A DNA stretch of 64,000 bases from the sequence record SRR31156797_4072, one strand, 5' to 3'. The notes below the pieces were generated by a model. The model made no database searches, was not told where the DNA came from, and worked only from the letters and a program-made list of their open reading frames with translations. Positions 28,301-36,997 of the stretch are shown here, piece by piece. How positions within the stretch are numbered: position 1 is the first letter of the stretch; each line of letters begins with the position of its first letter. Position numbers and translations under genes: made by a program.

Positions 28301-29013
28301 GATGTATTTGTTGTTCTTAAACGGTCAGATGTTGGCTTACCGGTCCAACTTAAAACATCCACAGTAAAATCAGGAAGGTTATTACCTGTAGATCCTTCAA
28401 CAATAGTTCCATCGTACCAGGCATTCATGGTTGCCACATCTAACATTTGAACAATACTAGCATCAGCACTAAAATCTTCTGCACCAAAATCCCAAACTTG
28501 CGTTTTCCCTTCCAGGCTTGGCAAACTCTCAATATTTTCAATGGTAATTGCATGTAAATAAACAGTTCCCGGAGCATTTACTGTAAAAGTAATAACCTGG
28601 CTTGTTCCCTCATATGCATAAACGACTTCCTCTTCATCAATTCCTGTTGTTCTGCTCTCTGCCCTAAGTGTTCCCAGATCATTAGCAGATGCATCAGAAA
28701 TTGAAAATTCAGCCGTTGTTCCTTCTGTATACTGACACAACGCAAAAGTGATATTTGCATTATCCGTAACAGTCATGCTTATCGTGTTACCTGTGGTTAA
28801 AGTAGCACCATGTCCTCCATTCTGCCCCATTATTGAGCCAGTTCCCTGATCGAAAGTTAGTGCATTAGCATCATCAACAACTATCGTTGCTTCGGTATTC
28901 CCAGAAAGAATAATATTATTCTCCAAATTATACACTGTAGTACCGATAACCTGCGCCTGCAAGGACATAACAGTGAATAGTAAGCACAAGAGTGGTAAAA
29001 GTTTTCTTTTCAT
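25351..29013 (-). CDS. Large multimodular CE8 pectin methylesterase with T9SS C-terminal domain
   Basis: DYQTINEAL, PGNYEE, GHQDSFYG, GGTDYIFG, LGRPW, YEYG in the C-terminal half; CTD VFNLQGKLV. Confidence 0.88.
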   Translation of the reverse strand: MKRKLLPLLCLLFTVMSLQAQVIGTTVYNLENNIILSGNTEATIVVDDANALTFDQGTGSIMGQNGGHGATLTTGNTISMTVTDNANITFALCQYTEGTTAEFSISDASANDLGTLRAESRTTGIDEEEVVYAYEGTSQVITFTVNAPGTVYLHAITIENIESLPSLEGKTQVWDFGAEDFSADASIVQMLDVATMNAWYDGTIVEGSTGNNLPDFTVDVLSWTGKPTSDRLRTTNTSVTRYDAKSNGIYTGYVYANGTVTVTDGLATLRYFTIELEEDDEVSVVGMGNNAPGNMTFVYEDDPSVQNEFQEVAQGTATEVNFIAKEAGKYRIFDAVDKLSVFRISRKNAEFVTITGSMDETAATSIPEGYGIIFTNNVTGKEFSTVVSSQSYSIDLPAGHTYDVSLSDANGYIITSDNSVEVTAAATFDITVIQITFSSLSGTVSGLGSDLVNLVLSITPDDPSVAYIPEIVLDNESGDFSVQLEPDVDYTLTAEGVNDYSLNSSAVNISTDVTEYDMAFTAKSTYQITLTTLNRSTSAALTTEQLAATSWTFTNLNEEGYEYTYGAADDILLRDGTYKVTASGLHAYAIQLAPNSNLVVAEGAESKEMLFEEVTEWVFNDENISSVTAYKGLTFTGSANVRGSNGDLNLGTGATIAIPVKVGDKVIITDYYASNYSIEGGEIVTNTSGKTDVRVISEYVYEGTVDGTVTLTTGGTTYLLSIKVVEAVAYSPVITVGADKDYQTINEALDAISKMTRTSDQVVTVEIDPGNYEEMLVIEQDNVTFTNASSTPSIALANKGVDIDANAVRITSYYGHGYSYYSMDNDTKWNADVLRVNKENEYESYTNAGGKTDGSYWNATVVIYADNFVAENIIFENSFNQYISTKESEDILVEIPGASKGLRPTSVGSTAVQDKELIERAAAIAFAGGDKTILNNCRVVGHQDSFYGDAGSRVAVYKGVMMGGTDYIFGAMTAIFYKSDLAIINSDDADGNDVSFITAAKQTSGRGYLFYECTITSAEPLLDMDNTQRSKPGYLGRPWAPATSEAVFYNTTIETTNASGHDGESLIQPLGWLSTLSGESPYMYEYGTVEETGVDNSASRASWATVLSVAELSDGTAITTLNFTDNGDGWDPYPALIAADPNTDVVKKEASSGIVVKSYQNEIVVKGIESDSVIRVFNLQGKLVKTIEVRAETQFTMPAGCWIINVTNQVGSTSVKVVTL

Positions 29014-29141
29014 AAAATAGATTTTAAAATTAGTACTATGTAGATTAATATTTATCCTAAATGATAGGGCATAGCTATCGCTTTACAGGTAGTATTCCCG
29101 TTCACGATAGGTTTCTCTTTATTTATTTTATAATTGCCTTG

Positions 29142-30371
29142 TTAAGGCGCTACGATTCGTTTAATAGTTGTTGCTTTTATATTTTTAATATTCCCGCTAA
29201 GCATCTTAAAATTTTGAAGTAATTCATCTGTTGTCAGTTTTTCTTCCCCTTTAAATTCTAATCGTTTTCTTCCTACTCCATTAAAGTAGGTGAATATTTT
29301 CCCCGATTGGGATTGTACATTTAATTCACCTTCTGGCATAACGATTTCATCGAACCATAAATAAAGAGAATCATCTTTAAATTCCTTCTTTACAATTTTA
29401 AGCTGTGATGAGTCAACCGGATTCCATTTATAGTCGAATGTCCATTCCGGCGTGATTTCATTTGGTTGGACTCCACAGTTTTCTGTGGATATATTATTGT
29501 TAAACCAGGTGTAGTTACCTGCTTTGCGATTGCAATTAAAAAAGTAATAGCGATCTCCATGGAGATAAGGGCGGTTTTTATGCGGTTTATCCGGATATAC
29601 CACATGCTCTATGGCTTTGTTTCTCATATTTTCCGGAAATGTACAATCTACGAAGTAAAACTGTGCATCGTAATGATGACGTGCCAGGTTAAAGCTATCT
29701 ACCCCTGTAAACTGACAGTTTTGAAGTACAAATTTTTGATCTTTATTATTTGGAGCTGCATGCCATACTGCAGCTGTTTTCTTTAACTCATGAAACTGAG
29801 AATTTGAGATATAACACCAACCACGAGGGCAGACAAAATCAACAGCACCTTCAAAATAGCAGTTATCATGATAATACATACCTTCCTTATAGTTCCAAAG
29901 AGAAACTGTATCTCCTCCATTACTGGTTACATTACAATTTGTAATGATCGTTCTGGTGCCAGTTCCATAAATGGTAAAGGCATGAGGGCCAATTTCTGGT
30001 TGTGTATTTTTAATGGTCAGATTATCTAAAATAATATCATCTGCATGAATATTAATTACTGCCGGACCAATATGATCCTTATCTTTTTGCCAGTCTTCTC
30101 TTAGTTGGTTATACTGAATGATAGTACCTTCACGACTTTCACCTCTTATGGTTAAATAATCCTGTTCAATTCTAATTTTCTCGTTATATACACCATCTTT
30201 TACAAGAATTACTATTCTTTGATAATTGTAATATGGAAGATTATGAATTGCCTCTGTTAAAGAGCAATAATCTCCTGAACCATCAGCCGCTACAATTATA
30301 TCCGCATTTTGGGATGCATGAATTGAAATAGTAATTGCTAAAAACAGTAAAAGCGTATATATAATTCTCAT
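29142..30371 (-). CDS. CE8 pectinesterase family protein
   Basis: VAADGSGDY, GVYNEKI, GGDTVSLW, GAVDFVCPRG; signal peptide. Confidence 0.88.
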   Translation of the reverse strand: MRIIYTLLLFLAITISIHASQNADIIVAADGSGDYCSLTEAIHNLPYYNYQRIVILVKDGVYNEKIRIEQDYLTIRGESREGTIIQYNQLREDWQKDKDHIGPAVINIHADDIILDNLTIKNTQPEIGPHAFTIYGTGTRTIITNCNVTSNGGDTVSLWNYKEGMYYHDNCYFEGAVDFVCPRGWCYISNSQFHELKKTAAVWHAAPNNKDQKFVLQNCQFTGVDSFNLARHHYDAQFYFVDCTFPENMRNKAIEHVVYPDKPHKNRPYLHGDRYYFFNCNRKAGNYTWFNNNISTENCGVQPNEITPEWTFDYKWNPVDSSQLKIVKKEFKDDSLYLWFDEIVMPEGELNVQSQSGKIFTYFNGVGRKRLEFKGEEKLTTDELLQNFKMLSGNIKNIKATTIKRIVAP

Positions 30372-30379
30372 TTGCTTAT

Positions 30380-30415
30380 TATTCTGTTGTGACGTATTCT
30401 GTTGTGACGTATTCT
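30380..30415. repeat. 15-bp tandem repeat, about 2.4 copies
   Basis: TATTCTGTTGTGACG x2 followed by TATTCT. Confidence 0.9.
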
Positions 30416-30428
30416 ATCTATTTGAATG

Positions 30429-31406
30429 TTAATCAAACATTTCATTTAAAAAATCAAGTACTGCTACCTTTGCTTCATCAAACCAGGGATAAAACAACCA
30501 AAATGGATGTGGTGTATTATCAATAGTATGAACTTTATAAGTAGTTCTATTTGAATCTAATACCTGTAAAAAAGTCTCTCTTCCTGCATGAAACCGCTCT
30601 AGAGAACTATTTAAAAATAAGGTTGGCGGTGTATTTTTATCAACATGTGATATAGGAGAAGCCTCCTGCCAAAGTTCTGGATTTTGTTTATACGTAGCTC
30701 CCAAAAACATGGCTCCGGCAGAGGGCTTCTCCGGATTTAAATCTTTTCCACTTTCGGCGGGGTCGGTAAAATCTACAACTCCATCGATATTTATTAATAA
30801 ATGAACCTCTGAACTTACATCTGAAAATGTAGTATTAGGATCTTCAAACTTTCTAACTCCATTTGTTGTAGCTACAAAACTCGCTAAAGTTGCACCGGAA
30901 GAACATCCTAAAATGGCTACTTTTGAAGTATCTACTCCAAACAGTTCAGCATTATGCTTTACATATTTAACCGCTTCTTTTAAATCATAAATAGCAGCTG
31001 GATACTGCGCTTCCATACTCAATCTGTGTTCTACTGTTGCCGCTACATAATTATTTTTAGCCAAATACTGAGCTAATGGCACTAAATGCGATTTATTACC
31101 GGAACGCCATCCTCCTCCATGCACTAACAAAATAGCACCTTTTATCTTTCTTTTATTCACTGGTATAAAGAGATCCATATGTAAGCTTCTGGAATCTCTT
31201 ACTTTATAAACCTGCTCCTGCAAAGCAACAATATCTGAATACTGAAAAGGTTTTACCGGTAATGCATGGTCAAACTTCTTTTTTACTTTTATCCAGGCAG
31301 AATGAACAGTAAAAGATGTGTCTTTTGGAAAATCTATCTGTCCCCAACAAGCTGTGGAGAACAGATAGAAACAAAAACAACTAATCAATGTAATCTTACT
31401 CCTCAT
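30429..31406 (-). CDS. Exported alpha/beta hydrolase (esterase)
   Basis: HGGGW oxyanion motif, GCSSG nucleophile elbow, ASPI, TPHPFW; start uncertain (31406 or 31415). Confidence 0.85.
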   Translation of the reverse strand: MRSKITLISCFCFYLFSTACWGQIDFPKDTSFTVHSAWIKVKKKFDHALPVKPFQYSDIVALQEQVYKVRDSRSLHMDLFIPVNKRKIKGAILLVHGGGWRSGNKSHLVPLAQYLAKNNYVAATVEHRLSMEAQYPAAIYDLKEAVKYVKHNAELFGVDTSKVAILGCSSGATLASFVATTNGVRKFEDPNTTFSDVSSEVHLLINIDGVVDFTDPAESGKDLNPEKPSAGAMFLGATYKQNPELWQEASPISHVDKNTPPTLFLNSSLERFHAGRETFLQVLDSNRTTYKVHTIDNTPHPFWLFYPWFDEAKVAVLDFLNEMFD

Positions 31407-31423
31407 TCGTCCCAATTAATTTC

Positions 31424-32677
31424 TTATTTAATACTTTCAGCATTAGTTATCGAAATTGGATTTTCTAATTGATCCAATTTTAAGTTGAGGTAATTCACAA
31501 ATTCCTCCTTAGTTTTTATGCCATCTTTTTCCAACTCCCATGCAGCTAAAAAGTAATAATCCACTTTTGATGACATTTCCTCAAAGACAACTACATGGCT
31601 ATTTTTATCTTCTGTTAATCTAGGTTTCTGATCTAAACGATATAATATGGCTAAACCTAAATTATCTTTATTTAAACTTTGCTCTCCCCAGGTCGCCAGA
31701 CATGCATACTTACCGGAAGCACCTGTTAATTCTATTTTTTCAGTATTCGGTTCTTTTCTAATCCCAGTACAAATATTATTCACAGGCTTATCAAAGCTTA
31801 ATTGTTCATGCGTTAATCTACTTTCTGCATCAATGGTTTTTAGGGATACTACACTCGTTTTTATTGAATCCAATTGCCAGCCATTGTACCAAATTTTAAC
31901 CTGAGATCGAATGGTACCGCTTGCGAATATTTTGCAGCTCACACTATCGGTCTTTTCAACACGAATAGCTTTTTCTCCATTCCACCAAGCTGTTGATCCT
32001 ATTCCTAATGAACTTCCAACTTTTAGAACATCCATTCCCCAATCCTGCAGGTGATGATAGCTTTCGTAACCATCCATACCTACTTGCTCCAAAACAGGTT
32101 CTTCTACTCTTTTTCCAAACACATCAATAGCATTTCTCCAGTCCAGATATAAGCGATATCCTACTTTATTCGATTCCCATCCCGGGCCTTCATACTTAAT
32201 AAAATAGGCATGATCCATAAAGCCATCCGGTACTCTTAAAGAATCAAATTTTGAAAAGTTACCTCCTCCAACATATCGTCCTTCCTTAAATTTACCTGTT
32301 GTTTTATGCCATAATTCAGCTTGTGTTTTAGCCTCAAAAGTTGGCATATCTTGTTCCGATTTAGGATAGCCTAAATACAGAGGTGTACTAGTTTTAGGAT
32401 TGATATTTACATTGGCACACAGCACATCGATTTTACCATCTCCATCCGTATCACTCCATTGACTAGCTACCGGAACGTCGTCCTGATAGACAATCACATC
32501 ATCATTTACCGATAACCTACCTAGTTGATCTTTATTAATTTCGACCAAGCCTGTAAATTTATGCTCTGAATTATTGGTGAGCGTTAATTGCTCTACAACT
32601 TTGCCAGATTGATTACATGCATTTACAACATACAGTGCTAAGATTAGTGCACCTACTTTTTTTAATCCTTTAATCAT
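31424..32677 (-). CDS. DUF4861-like lipoprotein
   Basis: Lipobox VNAC; EGPGWESNKVGYRLY, AIDVFGK, YHHLQDWGMDVLKVGSSLGIG. Confidence 0.75.
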   Translation of the reverse strand: MIKGLKKVGALILALYVVNACNQSGKVVEQLTLTNNSEHKFTGLVEINKDQLGRLSVNDDVIVYQDDVPVASQWSDTDGDGKIDVLCANVNINPKTSTPLYLGYPKSEQDMPTFEAKTQAELWHKTTGKFKEGRYVGGGNFSKFDSLRVPDGFMDHAYFIKYEGPGWESNKVGYRLYLDWRNAIDVFGKRVEEPVLEQVGMDGYESYHHLQDWGMDVLKVGSSLGIGSTAWWNGEKAIRVEKTDSVSCKIFASGTIRSQVKIWYNGWQLDSIKTSVVSLKTIDAESRLTHEQLSFDKPVNNICTGIRKEPNTEKIELTGASGKYACLATWGEQSLNKDNLGLAILYRLDQKPRLTEDKNSHVVVFEEMSSKVDYYFLAAWELEKDGIKTKEEFVNYLNLKLDQLENPISITNAESIK

Positions 32678-32680
32678 GAT

Positions 32681-34324
32681 TTAATTAGTTAGCAATTTAT
32701 ACCTAAACCAGTCCATATCCATCCAACCGGAATCATTATTCTTGTTTGTTTTTTGTGCAAAAAAGCCCAGTTTAGCACCAATCCATCTACCCGGTACTGC
32801 TTGAAATGTTTTTCCCAATGGGGTAAATTCATTTCCATCGTACGAATAGAAAAACTGGCAAACTGCCCCTTTTTCCACTTTAACCTTCAAAAATAATTCG
32901 TCGCTTTCCAGCATACATGGTTCTCCGTATACTTCCATGGATTTATGTCTTGCATCCATACAAGTAAATTGCCTAATTATGTTTTTATTTTCTGACCTTT
33001 TTATTTCTATTCCACTGTAATCCATACCCATTACAAAAAAACCACACCTTTCTTTATCATTTAATAATTGTACAGACAATTTTGTGGTAGCTTCAAATGT
33101 GAGAGCAGGTATTTTTTGCATAAACAGAGAAGGAACATCCCAAAGATTATGGTAATCATCGGGATAAAACTGACAGTACATTCTAAATACTCCGTTACCG
33201 GGAAAGCTTTTTCCCCAGTCCAAACCTTTATTGGCATGCCATTGCCAAAGTAATGATGGAATATCGTTAAATTCATCATTCATTGAGGCAGGCTGAATAT
33301 TATTTTGAACTGTAATATTGGGCTTTTTATAATTCCATACCGGCTCTCCACTTTCTTTTCCTTTTTGACCCATTTGAGGCCAATTACTTTCCCAACTCAT
33401 AGGTTGTAGGTGTACTACTCTTCCATAAGCTTCTTGATCCTGAAAATGAATAAACCAATCTTCTCCACTTTTTAACCTTACCCAGGCTCCCTGATGTGGT
33501 CCGTTAATATCTGTACTACCTTGATGCAGTACTTTTTTTCTTTCATATGGACCATATATATTCTTTGATCTTAACACAATTTGCCATCCGGGAGTAACTC
33601 CTCCTGCCGGTGCAAAAATGTAGTAATAACCATCCTTCTTATACATTTTGGGTCCTTCAACGGTTAAGTCTTCTGCGTGACCATCATAAACTAAAACACC
33701 ATCATCCAATAAGGCAGTTCCATCTTGCTTCATTTTGTTTATTGCTAAAACAGATTTAAAGCCTGCTCTTGATCCTGCATAAGCATGAACCAGGTAGGCA
33801 TTTCCATCTTCATCCCAAAATGGACAAGGATCGATCCAGCCTTTGGCTTTTTGAACTAATAACGGTTCTGACCATGGTCCTTCCGGATTTTTTGCCTTAA
33901 GCATAAAAATTCCAAAATCAGGATCGCCGTAATAGATATAAAACTCCCCTTTATGATAACGAATAGCTGGTGCCCAAATACCATTCCCATGCTGAACCAT
34001 ATTATAATGATCAAAAGGTGCTACTCTAGGTGAAGCATAAGCAATTAATTGCCAATTAACTAAATCTTTCGAATGTAAAATGGGTAAACCGGGAGCGCAC
34101 CCAAAGCTGGAAGCCGTCATGTAAAAATCATCACCTACTCTGATTGCATCAGGATCTGAATAATCGGCCTGAATTATAGGATTTGTATATGTACCATCAC
34201 CATTGTCCGGCGATTTTAATGTAACAGTAACTCCATTGTAAGTCTTTTCTTTAACATGTTGCGTGCTGCATGAGTTTAAGACTATTAAAGCAATCAATAA
34301 AAGTATGTGTAGACTTTTTATCAT
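32681..34324 (-). CDS. GH43 xylosidase/arabinosidase lipoprotein with C-terminal beta-sandwich
   Basis: Lipobox LNSC; NPIIQADYSDPD, GIWAP, IDPCPFWD, EGPKMYK, HQG. Confidence 0.92.
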   Translation of the reverse strand: MIKSLHILLLIALIVLNSCSTQHVKEKTYNGVTVTLKSPDNGDGTYTNPIIQADYSDPDAIRVGDDFYMTASSFGCAPGLPILHSKDLVNWQLIAYASPRVAPFDHYNMVQHGNGIWAPAIRYHKGEFYIYYGDPDFGIFMLKAKNPEGPWSEPLLVQKAKGWIDPCPFWDEDGNAYLVHAYAGSRAGFKSVLAINKMKQDGTALLDDGVLVYDGHAEDLTVEGPKMYKKDGYYYIFAPAGGVTPGWQIVLRSKNIYGPYERKKVLHQGSTDINGPHQGAWVRLKSGEDWFIHFQDQEAYGRVVHLQPMSWESNWPQMGQKGKESGEPVWNYKKPNITVQNNIQPASMNDEFNDIPSLLWQWHANKGLDWGKSFPGNGVFRMYCQFYPDDYHNLWDVPSLFMQKIPALTFEATTKLSVQLLNDKERCGFFVMGMDYSGIEIKRSENKNIIRQFTCMDARHKSMEVYGEPCMLESDELFLKVKVEKGAVCQFFYSYDGNEFTPLGKTFQAVPGRWIGAKLGFFAQKTNKNNDSGWMDMDWFRYKLLTN

Positions 34325-35049
34325 TTTACATCTTTTTGAAGTTCTAAGCCTAGCTCAATCAATTCTTGAACAGCTAAGTGCGCTATTTCTTTTGCTCCCT
34401 TTTTGTTTAAATGTGTATTATCATCCACTCCATTTGGATAGTTTTCCCAAACACCGGAATCAGCGATCAAAAAGAGAGACTTTGATTCTTTTTCACCTAA
34501 GTTCTTCAGCAGTTCTTCAGAGCGTATATGTAAATCAATGAAAGGAACATTTTTTTCTTTAGCTGCCAATTTCACTTTCTCGGGATATTTACCATGTGTA
34601 TCATAGAACTTACCTTCCTCATTAAATCTTCTTCTGACAATTGGCGAGAATAAAACGGGGTTTCCATTTTTACTCTTCACATCATCTACAAACTGACATA
34701 ATCTCTCATAATACTCTTCCGGACTTGAATGACGGGCAGAATCTTTTTTTTGATCATTATGCCCAAACTCAATAAAAACATAGTCTCCTGGCTGAAGAGC
34801 ATTCATAATAGAATCCCATCTACCTTCTGAAACAAAAGAAAGTGAACTTCTTCCATTTTTTGCATGATTAGATACCGTTACATTATCATTAAAAAAGCTT
34901 TGCAATTCCATTCCCCAACCTGTCTCCGGACTTTTCTCCGGCTTTTTATTGGCCATTGTTGAATCTCCAGCTAAGTAAATGGTATACTCAGGACGCTGAC
35001 ATGCAACAAAAACGATCGTCAATAATATTAGGTACTTTAATTTATTCAT
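34321..35049 (-). CDS. CE12 pectin/rhamnogalacturonan acetylesterase (SGNH)
   Basis: AGDSTMA, GWG, NHAKNGRSS, FGHND, DNTH; lipobox FVAC. Confidence 0.92.
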   Translation of the reverse strand: MNKLKYLILLTIVFVACQRPEYTIYLAGDSTMANKKPEKSPETGWGMELQSFFNDNVTVSNHAKNGRSSLSFVSEGRWDSIMNALQPGDYVFIEFGHNDQKKDSARHSSPEEYYERLCQFVDDVKSKNGNPVLFSPIVRRRFNEEGKFYDTHGKYPEKVKLAAKEKNVPFIDLHIRSEELLKNLGEKESKSLFLIADSGVWENYPNGVDDNTHLNKKGAKEIAHLAVQELIELGLELQKDVK

Positions 35050-35305
35050 GATTTTTTCTTTATAAAAGACTATTCAGGTAAACTTCCAGGTTTGTATAGT
35101 ATAATCTGATATTTTTATAATCCATCAAAATTATAATCGATAACAAGAAATATATTTATCTCTGATTTCGATTGAAATATCTTAGTTTATGTTGATTGCT
35201 TTAATACTTTTTGATGAAAGAAAACTCAATTTATTTACTACAAACAAGAAGCAAATAGATTTTCCTAATAAGCTTGAACATTATTAATGCCTATTTAAAG
35301 TAAGG

Positions 35306-35335
35306 TTTGGATATGGTATTTCTACCATATCCAAA
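35306..35335 (-). other. Strong stem-loop after susC-susD-SGBP
   Basis: TTTGGATATGGTA-TTTC-TACCATATCCAAA perfect 13-bp stem; no long U tract on the coding strand. Confidence 0.7.
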
Positions 35336-35354
35336 TTCCTACTTAATTTATTAA

Positions 35355-36980
35355 TTAACGCCATCTGGTTGCTCCTATTGCAGCATCGATAATTGTTTGA
35401 TTCGAAAGTGTAAAGTCATAGCTTTCAGTACTAACAAAGCCAGGGTCTAATTGCGTATAATTTCCTGTATTATCATAAACTGTAATATCTGAACTAAAAT
35501 AGCTAGCTGCATTATGATAATTGTTATTTGAGAAAGTAGGCATATTAGTATCTGACTGATTTGAATATACCGAATTACCCATTTCTGAAAATAAACAATT
35601 GTTGACCGTTAATACTTCATCACTATTCTGCCATCTTACATAGAATAAACGTTTAGTTGATGAAGTACTATTCATTACATTGTAAAATGTACAAGATTCT
35701 ATTGTTATTTCAGGCGTATGAGCTCCATCATCAAAGGTATTACCTTTTGCATTACCATCTAATCTAATAAAATCGCGAACATTTACGGTTGCACAATTTG
35801 CAAAAGTTGTATTTGATAATGTTATAACCTGTGGGAATGATTTTCTGAAATCAATAAAATCTCCACCGTCATTAAAAATATCTGATACCAAACAGTCTTC
35901 AAATACAATTGAAGATACGGTGAACTCACCACTTGAACCTGACACTAAGGACTTGTTATATTGATGGATTCTACAACCTGTAAGGATTACATCTCCAACC
36001 GAAGTAGAAGTACCCGAAAATTGAATTACATGGTCAAGAATACTTGGTCCTTCTACTGCATCATCATATTGACCTAACATTTCAATACTTTCCAACTCAA
36101 CAAGAGCTGCTCCATCTGTGATAACAAATTGTACATTTAAAACTGGCATATTTTCAGATGAAAGACCTTTTAGTTTTACTGATTTATTGATGTCGATCAT
36201 ACCTTGATATACATTATACTCTCCACCTTCAAGTAAAAATACTTCTCCATTTTGAGCATTTGTAATCATTTCATTTAGATCATCAGCAGCAGTCAGCGTA
36301 ATTCCTTCTGGTAAAGTTGTAAACTTTGCATTACCTCTCTGCTTTGGATTAGCTCCATTGTATAAAATAACAGAATACTCTTTGTCAAATTCCAACCCTT
36401 CAATAGTTGCCATTCCTGCAGTAATCTCATCATCAGTTAAATCATATTGAAGCTGATTATCCCCTGGGTTTATAATAAAATGTGTTACTTCACTGTTTGC
36501 TGGCCAGCTTAATACAACCCAAGTATCCGTTTTAGTTTTACCTAAATCATCATCACCAATTGCATTTAAAATGTTTTCTTTATCTGTTTTAAAAGCAACT
36601 CCACCCCATTTCGATTCGTCTTGATCTTCAAGAGCACTAACTGCCTTTATTCGAACAGAATACTGCTCTTCACTTTCCAATGCAATAGTTATTGGTACAT
36701 CGGCAGGCATGATTTCTTGCGTTAAAACCAAACTTTCAAATTCAACGCTATCATTATGAATTTCTAATACATAGTGATCCACGCTTTGAGAAACAGTCCA
36801 AGTAATCTCTGCATTTAGTTGATTTCTAATTTTCACATCTAATTCAAGAGGCGTAAACGCTCTCTCAAATTCAATATTCTCGATGATTGGATCAACATCT
36901 TCACAAGCTTGGATGAAGATAGCCAACACAATGGCTAAAATTAATCCTGACTTTTTATATAACATGTTCATTTTACTCAT
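35355..36980 (-). CDS. Surface glycan-binding lipoprotein (FN3 plus DUF4957/DUF5123-like)
   Basis: Lipobox IQAC; FN3 EQYSVRIKAV; beta-helix-like region; directly after susD; ends GATRWR. Confidence 0.8.
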   Translation of the reverse strand: MSKMNMLYKKSGLILAIVLAIFIQACEDVDPIIENIEFERAFTPLELDVKIRNQLNAEITWTVSQSVDHYVLEIHNDSVEFESLVLTQEIMPADVPITIALESEEQYSVRIKAVSALEDQDESKWGGVAFKTDKENILNAIGDDDLGKTKTDTWVVLSWPANSEVTHFIINPGDNQLQYDLTDDEITAGMATIEGLEFDKEYSVILYNGANPKQRGNAKFTTLPEGITLTAADDLNEMITNAQNGEVFLLEGGEYNVYQGMIDINKSVKLKGLSSENMPVLNVQFVITDGAALVELESIEMLGQYDDAVEGPSILDHVIQFSGTSTSVGDVILTGCRIHQYNKSLVSGSSGEFTVSSIVFEDCLVSDIFNDGGDFIDFRKSFPQVITLSNTTFANCATVNVRDFIRLDGNAKGNTFDDGAHTPEITIESCTFYNVMNSTSSTKRLFYVRWQNSDEVLTVNNCLFSEMGNSVYSNQSDTNMPTFSNNNYHNAASYFSSDITVYDNTGNYTQLDPGFVSTESYDFTLSNQTIIDAAIGATRWR

Positions 36981-36997
36981 TTTTAATGTTTGTAATA

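Noticed and set aside
30372..30428. Read-through fusion of the esterase and CE8 (57-nt in-frame gap)
   Set aside because: The gap has a second in-frame stop (TAG) and the CE8 has its own signal peptide
35050..35290. Mini-ORF MFKLIRKIYLLLVCSK or pseudogene remnant between SGBP and CE12
   Set aside because: Only 16 codons with no recognisable continuation
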